From contig CBDCYO010000005.1 of the NCBI GenBank assembly GCA_965224255.1, forward strand, positions 1,107,168 to 1,171,167: a stretch of 64,000 bases of DNA. Direction: 5' to 3'. Origin of the DNA: Dehalococcoidia bacterium. GTDB taxonomy: Bacteria; Chloroflexota; Dehalococcoidia; UBA6926. Within the stretch, counting starts at the first letter, position 1; each line of letters opens with the position of its first letter. The notes beneath the pieces are model-generated. The model was not told the DNA's origin, did no database searches, and worked only from the letters and a program-made list of their open reading frames with translations. A program made the position numbers and the translations under genes. This document shows positions 10,000 to 18,442 of this stretch, piece by piece.

Positions 10000-10527
10000 C
10001 TACCCTGTCGGTTCAGCCCAGAAAGCCACGCATCCATCCTCTTCCTTTTCGATTAGCAGGACGTCGGCGGTACCTGCCACCCTGCCGCCGGATGCGTTCT
10101 TGGCGGTGAAGTCGACGGCCACGTAGTTATGGTAGCTGCTCCTACCACCCGCGCGCTTAATTGTGAACTCGAATACTGGTATCATCTCCTCCTCCTCCTC
10201 ATCCTCCACCGCTGCGCTGAGTTTCTCGAGGTAGGAAACATTCCAGATACGATCCGGATTCTGTATCTCATTGTTCAGGAAGAGTAGCGTATCCCGCTTG
10301 CTGGACTCGAATGTGGACTCGCTTTGTGGTGTCATGTCGAGGAACTCGTAGGATCCTGGGTCGGCCAGCAAATCCTGGATGGCACTTCTGGTCGACAAGC
10401 TCAAGTGGTGGCTAGTCCTGAACTTCTCCCCGACGGTAGGGCATGGCTGCGGCGGCGGGGTCTCACACTCCGTCTCCGCTGCGCCCATCATGACGATGAT
10501 GACCAGTACAAATAACAGGTACCTCAT
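10000..10527 (-). CDS. secreted acidic hypothetical protein on a low-GC patch
   Basis: N-terminal signal peptide MRYLLFVLVIIVMMGAAE, Glu-rich block EDEEEEEM; local GC clearly below window average, suggesting foreign origin. Confidence 0.5.
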   Translation of the reverse strand: MRYLLFVLVIIVMMGAAETECETPPPQPCPTVGEKFRTSHHLSLSTRSAIQDLLADPGSYEFLDMTPQSESTFESSKRDTLLFLNNEIQNPDRIWNVSYLEKLSAAVEDEEEEEMIPVFEFTIKRAGGRSSYHNYVAVDFTAKNASGGRVAGTADVLLIEKEEDGCVAFWAEPTG

Positions 10528-10559
10528 TATCTTCCTCCCTTGTCTTTCTGCCTCTACAC

Positions 10560-10740
10560 CAGTCCCGTCCGCTTACTTTGCGGAAGGGTTCCATGCCCTG
10601 CCTGTCCTTGCCAAGCCAAGCCAAGCCTGTCCCCGCCTGGCCACGCCACGCCATGTGGCGGTAGATATCCTTGCCGTGCCACGCCACGCACTGCCTCGCC
10701 CAGCCTCGCCTAGCCGTGCCTCGCCTAGCCTCGCCTTGCC
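10560..10740. repeat. simple-sequence/low-complexity tract (ccaagcc x3, gccacgcc, cctcgcc/tagcc units; G-rich GGCGAGG units on minus strand) in the promoter region of the secreted-protein gene
   Basis: Visible short-period repeats; overlaps only spurious ORFs. Confidence 0.6.
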
Positions 10741-10783
10741 ATAAGGAGAGGAGCTGCGCAAGGCTAAACGCAAGGTCGCTGAT

Positions 10784-10836
10784 ACAAAGAGAGGAGAAGG
10801 GGATCTGCACATGCGCGATTCCCTTCTCCTCTTTGT
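10784..10836. promoter_or_regulatory. 17-bp perfect inverted repeat stem-loop acaaagagaggagaagggg...cccttctcctctttgt, 140 nt downstream of the MaoC-like gene stop
   Basis: Perfect palindrome read directly; no U-tract after it on the minus transcript, so the stem-loop is certain but a terminator role is unproven; aagagaggag motif recurs at 10745 and 10930. Confidence 0.35.
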
Positions 10837-10974
10837 CACGCCCATTGTCCTCGCTCTTGCCTTATGGCGCGCCGAGGCAAAAGGGGCCATGCGCATGAGC
10901 GCAACACGCGCTACGTGTACGTCCGAATAAAGAGAGGAGTGTTAGCCGGACGGCGGCGGCTCTAAGCCCTTCGT

Positions 10975-12079
10975 CTAGCTCTTCGAAGGTAGCGTCGCGA
11001 TGACAGGGCCCGGACCAACGGAGACGTTTCCGTTGGTGGATAGGACGGATTGCAGTTCGATCTCGATGAGGTTCTCCCCGTTTTCCTGCCACGTACGCTT
11101 GACTGTGCCGCCAGTAACGACGGTGTCGCCGACGGTGCTGAAGACGCGCATGCGGAATGAACCGATCTGCTTGATCCGACCACCGAGGCCGATAAACTCG
11201 CGCGCCACACGCTCCCACATGCCATTGTGGAAGTAGTTCATGGCGTACATATCGGCCGCGCCGCCGGCCTGCGCAACAACGGTGTTGTGATGGATGGCGT
11301 TGAAATCACGATTTGCGCCCGCGGCCATGACCATCCGCTGTATCGTCAGCGGATAGTGCACGGCGGGAACCTCATCGCCCTCGTTCACATCCTCCCAGTA
11401 GCGTTGGGAATCCCAGTCAATGGACGGGTTCGACCGCGGCTCAATGGTGCGCGCCGGCTTCTCCTCACCCGTGGCGGATGCGGCAGCCGCCCCCGCAGAG
11501 GGGTTGGGGATGTAGGTGTAGCTGACCATCAGTTGGCGCCCAACAGTGACGCCGCTCTGATTTTCAAACAGTGACTCATACGTGAGGAACGCGCCGTCGC
11601 CGACTCGCGTCCTGCGGGGGTTCACGTCCAGCAGAGTCTGCGACACTTGCGTTACCCGCTCTCCAACGTAGAGTGGCTTCAAGAACTCAACCTCAAGATC
11701 CGTAACGAAGCCGGCGGTGCCAGGCGAGGGCACGTTCTCCGTCTTGCCGGCACGGCCCGTGCCGGAGTTTGTGAAGTGCGGATCGTCCGTCGGCCAGATG
11801 CTGCCCAAGCCGGGCTCCCACATGGACGCCGTCTGGAACGTCTGAATCATGTGGAGCGGCGCGAACACGCCATCGTAGCCGTTCCTTCGCGCGACGGCAT
11901 CGTCAAAGTGCAGCGGACAGTCCATTTCCAGGACCTCCATTTGGCGACGGATCGCGCTGTGCTCCACCGCATCGATGCCTGTCTTGGGATCGAGCATGAT
12001 GTCACGCCCGACGAATTCCATGGTTGCCGACCAATCAAGCTCTGATTCGTTTGATGACGTCATCGTCTTCTCCTTGCCC
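10975..12079 (-). CDS. MaoC-like (double hotdog) dehydratase
   Basis: Two hotdog-like halves (N-terminal MaoC_dehydrat_N-like, C-terminal ...AIHHNTVVAQAGG...GGTVKRTWQENGENLIEIE); start trimmed to MGKEKTMTSS because the upstream 150 codons of the ORF run through a MITE. Confidence 0.6.
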
Positions 12080-12187
12080 ATACTCCTTGGTTCGCCTTGG
12101 TGCGCGTACGCGCACGTGGGACACGGCAATAGTGTCGTATCCCACGCCAGCACGCAAGGGAGCAGGCACCGTGAGGCGGCGTGGCGT

Positions 12188-12380
12188 GTGTACATGTCAT
12201 TCTGAATGGAACGCAGTGGAGTGAAGAATCTAACGCGCCTTTGCGGCTGTGGGGGACGTAGATTCTTCGCTACGCTCAGAATGACAGCAGGGCGCTCACG
12301 AATAACAGCAGGGGCATGCGGGCTAGCGGCGCAGAAGGGCCCGCGGGCTAGCACGGAAGAGCGCTCAGAATGACAGGAAG
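12188..12380. repeat. MITE/REP-like element (core gtgaagaatctaacgcgcctttgcggctgtgggggacgtagattcttcgctacgctcagaatgacag plus flanking arms)
   Basis: Same core hairpin and gctcagaatgaca arms as other copies. Confidence 0.8.
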
Positions 12381-12452
12381 GGCGCCGGCAGAGGACGGAG
12401 GGACGCGTCCAGGCGACAGAGCGGGAACGAGAACTGTAGGGATGCCGTCGCC

Positions 12453-13295
12453 CTACACCCCCAGGAACTCCCGGGTTGCGGCGATGAACTCCCGCGGCTT
12501 GTCGACCGTGACAACGTGGCCTGCGTTCGGCACGTCGACCCATGAAAGGTCTTTCGCCGCCGCGATCATCTTCTGCTTGAGCGTCTCATCGAGCAGGGGG
12601 CTCTCCAGTCCGCGAACCTCCAAGATTGGCTGCTCAATCGTCCCCAACGCCTTCCAGTAGCGGTTGATCAGTGTCTCATCAGTGCCGTCGGCGAGCGGGA
12701 CGGTGAAGAGCGCGGTATCCGCCTTCCATGTCCATGAGCCATCCGACGCCTGCCTGAGCTTCTCTTCCATGTCCTTTCGGAGCCGATCGTCTGACGCCCA
12801 CGGGTTATTGGAGCGAGCCCACGCGATGCCCTCGTCGAAAGTACTGAAGGACATCGGCGTCGGTGGGCGATCGCCCCATTGTGCCTTGGCTGTCTCGCTT
12901 GATTCTGGCCCAATATCGACAATCACAATACGTTCCACCTTTTCCGGGTGCTTCTCACCTGTATAAAGCAGAGAATGCCAGCCGCCCATGGAGAGGCCGA
13001 CAAGCACGAATCGGTCAAAACCCAGCGCAACGACAAGCTCGTCAAGATCCTCGACAAATCGATCCCGCGCATAGCCCGTCGATGCGTGCCCGCTCTCACC
13101 GTGTCCGCGCTGATCAACGGTGATGACGTGGAAATGTGGCGCCATCGCCTCCGCGAACTCATCCCAGATATGAGCTTGCCCCGTGTGGCCGTGCAGGCAC
13201 ACCATGGGCATCTTGCCCTCTGTCCCATAGTCGAAATAGCGAAGCGTCACTCCGTTGACGGTGACGTGCTTTTCCTGCGCTTGCGTGATGGTCAT
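12453..13295 (-). CDS. alpha/beta fold hydrolase (MhpC-like)
   Basis: VCLHGHTGQAHIWDEF...VLVGLSMGG (GxSxG) ...PNAGHVVTVDKPREF. Confidence 0.8.
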   Translation of the reverse strand: MTITQAQEKHVTVNGVTLRYFDYGTEGKMPMVCLHGHTGQAHIWDEFAEAMAPHFHVITVDQRGHGESGHASTGYARDRFVEDLDELVVALGFDRFVLVGLSMGGWHSLLYTGEKHPEKVERIVIVDIGPESSETAKAQWGDRPPTPMSFSTFDEGIAWARSNNPWASDDRLRKDMEEKLRQASDGSWTWKADTALFTVPLADGTDETLINRYWKALGTIEQPILEVRGLESPLLDETLKQKMIAAAKDLSWVDVPNAGHVVTVDKPREFIAATREFLGV

Positions 13296-13505
13296 TTCAT
13301 CCTCCTCTGTCCGGCTGTTCGCACGACCCCAGCTGCCGGCCTCAGTATTGTAGCAAGGGCGGGGACTGAATGGCGGAGCGCACGCGCACCCATTTCCTAG
13401 TGCCGATGGGGCACAGCGTGGTCAGCGCCGGTATCGTGCGTTGACGCTGTGAACAAGCGCTCCTATCCTGAGCATGGCTGCGGCCGGGAATATAGTGAGG
13501 AAGCC

Positions 13506-15932
13506 ATGACGCGTTCGACTGGCCCAAGTGGAGCGGGCCCCCTGGATGGGCTGACCGTGCTGGATCTCTCCGGGCCGGAAGGGCAGCCGTGTGGACGCAT
13601 CCTTGCTGACCTCGGCGCAGATGTCATTCTGATCGAGCCGCCATCCGGTAGCCCCTCGCGTCGGATGGCTCCATTCGCCAATGGCGAGCCCGGCCAGGAT
13701 CGCAGCCTCTACTTCATTCACTTCAACACCAACAAGCGCGGCATCGTCCTTGATCTGGATGACGCGGCTGCGCGCACACGTTTCCTAGAACTGGTTCGTG
13801 AGGCCGACGTGGTGCTGGAGTCCGGCCGACCCGGAGAGATGGACGGGCGCGGTCTGGGCTATGAGGACCTCGCCGCAATCAACCCGGGCATCATTGTCAC
13901 ATCCATCACACCCTTTGGACAGACCGGGCCGTACCGCGACTTTGTGGGAGCGGACATTGCCGTTGCCGCTATGGGGGGTGTCGTTTATGCCGAGGGCGAA
14001 GCCGTGGGCCCGCCGACGACGATGCCTCGGTACCAGGGATTTCAGATGAGCTCCGTTCATGCGGCCTTCGGTACGCTCATTGCGCTGTGGTGGCGGCGCT
14101 CAGCCGGTCAGGGACAACATCTTGACGTCTCCATGACGGAGGTGGTGGCTCACATGCACATGAACCTGATGCGCTACGCCGCCATGAGCGAGGTGTCACC
14201 GCGCCGAGGCAGCCGTGGCGGCAATGGGCCTACACAATACTTTCAGACGTCAGACGGTGAATGGGTGCAGTTGGCGCTCACAACACCGCGCCAATGGCTG
14301 GAGTTCGCCGCGTGGGTGGATCACCCATTGTTGCTTGACCCGGCGATGCGAGAGTTGAGCGCTCGGGACGCGAAATCGGAGGAGATCAACGCCATTGCCG
14401 GTCCGTTCATCAAAGGCATGACGGCGGAACAGTACTTGCATGACGGCGTGGAGAAACACGTCACCATCGCGCCTGCAAACTCCCCCGCGGATTTTGCTCG
14501 CCATCCCCACGCGGAGGTCTATAACTTCCTCTCTCCCATGCAGCATCCGGTTCTCGGCGAATACATGATTCCCGCCGGATCGGTTCAGTTTGGAGTAAGT
14601 CCGCTGAGTGTGCGACGGCCCGCACCACTGCTGGGACAGCACCAAGACGAGGTTCTCGCTGGAATCGCTGGCAAACGAACTCCTGTGCCGACGAATGGTG
14701 CAAACAGCTCTGGCGGATCAGATCTGCCGCTGGAGGGCGTGCGCATTTTGGCGTTCGAGCGGGTCTGGGCTGCGCCATTCGGCACACGATTCCTCGCGGA
14801 TTATGGTGCCGACGTCATCAAGGTGGAGTCAACGCGATTTCCGGACGGGCGCGTCTTTGATCAGGACGCCAACCCAACAGCATGGCGCAGCACCAACGCG
14901 AGCTACGGGGAGATCAACCGCAACAAGCGTTCCATTGCCATTGATCTACACATGCCTGAGGGCCAGGAGCTGTTCAAACGCCTTGCGGCAGAATCGGACA
15001 TCGTCGTGGAGAACAACGCGCCCGGCGCTATGGACCGCTTCGGTATCAGTTGGGAGCATCTGCGCGAAGTCAACCCTCGTCTCATCATGGTGAGTTGCCC
15101 CGGCTACGGCGCGATGGGGCCAATGAAGGATTTTGTCGCCGTCGGGCAGTGTCTCACCTCATTTACCGGACTCGGCTATCTGTGGGCGCAGCCGGACGCG
15201 GCATGGCCCGCGCGCGGCCGGAATGCCTATCCTGATTTCATCACGGCGGGCAACTTGACGCTGTCCATCATGGCTGCACTCCATCATCGCGAGCGAACCG
15301 GAGAGGGTCAGTACATCGAGATTCCGCAGTTTCAGGCCGCCGCGAGCGTCATCGGACTCGCCTTCCTTGAGACACAGTTCGGGGCGACGTCGGCGGAGGC
15401 GTGGGGCAACCGAGCTCCAAATGCCGCACCACAGGGCATCTACCCATGCGGCGGCGAGGATCGCTGGTGCGCCATCTCCTGCGCCGATGATGACACCTCA
15501 TGGCGCGCCCTCACCGGATTGATGGGCCGGCCTGAGCTGGCCGAGGACGATCGGTTCGCAACGTTCGCGGCCAGGCAAAGTAACCACGATTTGCTTGATG
15601 CAGAGATTTCCGCCTGGACACGTACACGCTCCGCCCATCAGGTGATGTATGCGTGTCAACACGCAGGCATTGCCGCGGGCGTCGTGGCCACCGGCGAAGA
15701 TATGTATATCGACCCGCAATTCCGGGCGCGCGGATACATCGTTGAGGTGGACCACACAATGCCTGGGCGAATTGAACATCCGGGAATGACAGTCAAACTT
15801 GGCGCATCACCGGGACGCGTTCGCATGGGCGCGCCAACGCCCGGCCAACATAATCGGGAGGTCCTCACCCAGATCCTGGGACTCTCCGACGATGACTACG
15901 CACGGTATGAGGAATCCGGCGCGCTCAGCTAG
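13506..15932 (+). CDS. tandem-fused family III CoA-transferase (two CaiB/BaiF domains)
   Basis: Two repeats of the CaiB/BaiF N-terminal pattern: LDGLTVLDLSGPEGQPCGRILADLGADVILIEPP and LEGVRILAFERVWAAPFGTRFLADYGADVIKVES; RBS gaggaag before ATG 13506. Confidence 0.8.
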   Translation: MTRSTGPSGAGPLDGLTVLDLSGPEGQPCGRILADLGADVILIEPPSGSPSRRMAPFANGEPGQDRSLYFIHFNTNKRGIVLDLDDAAARTRFLELVREADVVLESGRPGEMDGRGLGYEDLAAINPGIIVTSITPFGQTGPYRDFVGADIAVAAMGGVVYAEGEAVGPPTTMPRYQGFQMSSVHAAFGTLIALWWRRSAGQGQHLDVSMTEVVAHMHMNLMRYAAMSEVSPRRGSRGGNGPTQYFQTSDGEWVQLALTTPRQWLEFAAWVDHPLLLDPAMRELSARDAKSEEINAIAGPFIKGMTAEQYLHDGVEKHVTIAPANSPADFARHPHAEVYNFLSPMQHPVLGEYMIPAGSVQFGVSPLSVRRPAPLLGQHQDEVLAGIAGKRTPVPTNGANSSGGSDLPLEGVRILAFERVWAAPFGTRFLADYGADVIKVESTRFPDGRVFDQDANPTAWRSTNASYGEINRNKRSIAIDLHMPEGQELFKRLAAESDIVVENNAPGAMDRFGISWEHLREVNPRLIMVSCPGYGAMGPMKDFVAVGQCLTSFTGLGYLWAQPDAAWPARGRNAYPDFITAGNLTLSIMAALHHRERTGEGQYIEIPQFQAAASVIGLAFLETQFGATSAEAWGNRAPNAAPQGIYPCGGEDRWCAISCADDDTSWRALTGLMGRPELAEDDRFATFAARQSNHDLLDAEISAWTRTRSAHQVMYACQHAGIAAGVVATGEDMYIDPQFRARGYIVEVDHTMPGRIEHPGMTVKLGASPGRVRMGAPTPGQHNREVLTQILGLSDDDYARYEESGALS

Positions 15933-15956
15933 CGTCGCCGAATCAGCACAGCCGCC

Positions 15957-16880
15957 ATGACAGGCCGGCGACTCCCCCGGCAAATGACGGTTGTTCCCGC
16001 CTATCGGCTTGAAGGTCACTTTGCGGAACAGGCACTCAACCAAGTCGAACAGCTGCCGGTGGAGTCGTTTCAACAGCGGTTGCGGCTGTACGTTCGCCGC
16101 CTCCTGGCGGGTGAACAGCCCGCGTTCATTGATATCGGCGAGCGCTGGGCGATGACACAGACGGGTGAGCCGGACCTGAACGCTTTCATTCGGGCCGTCA
16201 ACGCGACGGACGCCCTCTCGCCACGCAGCATCGTCGAGGACACACTGGTTAAGTGTTCCTACGCCTTGCCGCGGCCGGATCTCTCCGCCCGTGTCGTCAT
16301 TCTCATGGGTGACGGAGAAAACCGCGGCCTGACGCAGGCCATGCAGTACGCAACCGGCGTGAGCCTTGGTTCAGGCGTCACGCTGCTATTCATCTGGCCG
16401 GTGCACAACTGGGCGGAGACGCTGGCATACATCACGGCGCACGAATACGTGCACCTGGTGCGCAACCGACTCTTCCCACGGGGTCTGATCGATGGACGCA
16501 TGATTTATGTCAAAAATGACCAGCCGGACACGCTCCTAGACGCGATGGTGACCGAGGGTATTGCCGATATCTTTGCGGGGGGAATCGTGCCCGATCATCG
16601 GCCGCATTGGATGGGTGCGCTCCCCGCAGATGTTGAACGGGACATCTGGCCGCAGGTGGAAAGTCGTCTGTCCATCACCGATCCGTTGGAAATTCGGCAG
16701 TATCTCTTCGGGGACGGAGATCAGGTGCCGGTATGGACGGGGCACACAATCGGCCATCGCATCGTGCAGTCATATATGCGCGTGCATCCTGAAGGCCGCG
16801 TCGCCTCAATCATCGGCTTGCCCGTTCGTACTCTTTTTGAGGAGAGCGGCTTTCAGCCCGGCCAGATTGACACGCCGTAA
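15957..16880 (+). CDS. DUF2268-like predicted zinc metallopeptidase (HExxH)
   Basis: HEYVH (HExxH) in ITAHEYVHLVRN plus GIADIF motif. Confidence 0.45.
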   Translation: MTGRRLPRQMTVVPAYRLEGHFAEQALNQVEQLPVESFQQRLRLYVRRLLAGEQPAFIDIGERWAMTQTGEPDLNAFIRAVNATDALSPRSIVEDTLVKCSYALPRPDLSARVVILMGDGENRGLTQAMQYATGVSLGSGVTLLFIWPVHNWAETLAYITAHEYVHLVRNRLFPRGLIDGRMIYVKNDQPDTLLDAMVTEGIADIFAGGIVPDHRPHWMGALPADVERDIWPQVESRLSITDPLEIRQYLFGDGDQVPVWTGHTIGHRIVQSYMRVHPEGRVASIIGLPVRTLFEESGFQPGQIDTP

Positions 16881-17051
16881 CCTCCACGCCTGCGGATAGA
16901 GAATTGGCGGCGTGGCCTGCATGCGCTGCTGCCCTCAAATGGAGGCCAGATGCGAAGGGCGTGAGGTGTTTGACCAGTTTCACGGCAGGTTACTAGAATG
17001 AGGGTCAACAATGAATGCCATCATAACAAGGCAATCTGGGCGCGGGTGAGA

Positions 17052-17128
17052 GGGCGGTTAGCTCAGTTGGTTAGAGCGCAGCGTTGACATCGCTGAGGTC
17101 AGAGGTTCAAATCCTCTATCGCCCACCA
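17052..17128 (+). tRNA. tRNA-Val (anticodon GAC), CCA encoded
   Basis: Cloverleaf gggcggt/D-arm tagctcagttggttagagc/anticodon stem-loop cagcg-ttGACat-cgctg/T-arm gaggttcaaatcctc/acceptor atcgccc + a + cca. Confidence 0.85.
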
Positions 17129-17183
17129 CACCTTCTTTTGTGCAGTGCGCTTGTGTCGCACGCGCTGTGACGTGGAGGAAAAT

Positions 17184-18368
17184 GTGAAGAACGGAATTCT
17201 GGCGCCCACGATGCTTGCCGTGTCTTTCCTTGTGGTCATCGCTGCGCTGGCGGGTTGCGAGGAGCAGATAGAGGAGGGGCCGCCTGTCTACCGCATCGGT
17301 GTGATGGAGTCACTCACCGGACCAGGAGAGACGTATGGCACCGTCTCGTATCAGGCAAAAAGGCTGGCGCTTGAAGAGATCAACGCGGCCGGCGGTATCA
17401 ATGGCATGATGTTGGAGCTTGTCGTTGAGGATTCCAAGTGCAATGCACAGGACGCCATCACCGCCTACAACAAGCTGACGGACGTTGACAACATCAGGAT
17501 CATTCTCGGCACGTCCTGCAGTGGCGCAATGCTCGGTGTAGCGCCGCTCGCAGAGGAGGATGGCGTTGTTCTGTTCTCCTCATCTGCGACGAATCCTGAC
17601 ATCGCAGCGGCGGGAGACTACATCTTTCGCAACTCGATCAGTGACGCGAAGCTGGGTGTCGAGGGAGGAAACCTTCTCTGGGCGGACGGCGTTCGCAAAC
17701 TGGCAGCTATTTCTGAAGCGACGGACTACGCCGAGGGTGTTCGGCGGGCGATTTCAGGTCAGTTCGAGGCACGCGGCGGGCAGGTCATCGCCACGGAGCG
17801 CTACCTGACAGACACCTTGGATTTCAGAACGCAGTTGACCGGCCTCGCCGGCCTCAGGCCGGATGCTTTGCTCATCACCGCGCAGGCTGAGGCCAGCGCC
17901 GGTGCCCTCCTCAAACATGCCCGTGAAGTCGGCTACACCGGGCCCATCTACGGAGATATTGTCGCCGTCGGTACAACATCTCTGAACGTTGCGGGTGATG
18001 CTGCGACCGGCACCAAGGCCATCATCGCAGACCTCGATCCAGCGAATCAGACGGGGCAGCGCGTCCTTGCAGATTTCAAAGCGCGGTACGACTATGTCAC
18101 CCTGCCTTGGTTCTTGGGCTCCGCCTATGACAGCGTCCACATCGCCGCAGAATGCCTTGGGACGACTGAGGATGATCAGGACACGGCCGGCTTCCGTGAC
18201 TGCCTCTATACCCTCACCTGGAGCGGCGCAATCGGCGAGAATTACTCCTTTGACAGCCGTGGTGAGGTCGTTGGCCTATCCAACGTGGTCGTTGAAGTGT
18301 TGCCCCTCGCTGAGCGTACGGAAAACAATGGAGGCTATCGGGTCCTTGGCCCTGCGCCAACTGACTAG
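17184..18368 (+). CDS. ABC transporter substrate-binding lipoprotein (branched-chain amino acid / Leu-Ile-Val binding family)
   Basis: GTG after GGAGG; signal/lipobox VIAALAGC; periplasmic binding protein type I pattern YRIGV...GTSCSGA... Confidence 0.75.
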   Translation: MKNGILAPTMLAVSFLVVIAALAGCEEQIEEGPPVYRIGVMESLTGPGETYGTVSYQAKRLALEEINAAGGINGMMLELVVEDSKCNAQDAITAYNKLTDVDNIRIILGTSCSGAMLGVAPLAEEDGVVLFSSSATNPDIAAAGDYIFRNSISDAKLGVEGGNLLWADGVRKLAAISEATDYAEGVRRAISGQFEARGGQVIATERYLTDTLDFRTQLTGLAGLRPDALLITAQAEASAGALLKHAREVGYTGPIYGDIVAVGTTSLNVAGDAATGTKAIIADLDPANQTGQRVLADFKARYDYVTLPWFLGSAYDSVHIAAECLGTTEDDQDTAGFRDCLYTLTWSGAIGENYSFDSRGEVVGLSNVVVEVLPLAERTENNGGYRVLGPAPTD

Positions 18369-18442
18369 CTGACGATGAAACAGCGACGCCTCGTCCCTTC
18401 TCACGGTTCACGCGACATGATGACGCGCTGCAGGCCGTTCAA

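Noticed and set aside
10784-10836. Rho-independent terminator call
   Set aside because: The 17-bp stem is perfect but no U-tract follows on either strand. Listed only as a stem-loop of unknown function.
10975-12543. Full 522-aa form of the MaoC-like ORF
   Set aside because: The upstream 150 codons run through a MITE element and are rich in Arg/Pro. Trimmed to the MGKEKTM start with a proper N-terminus.
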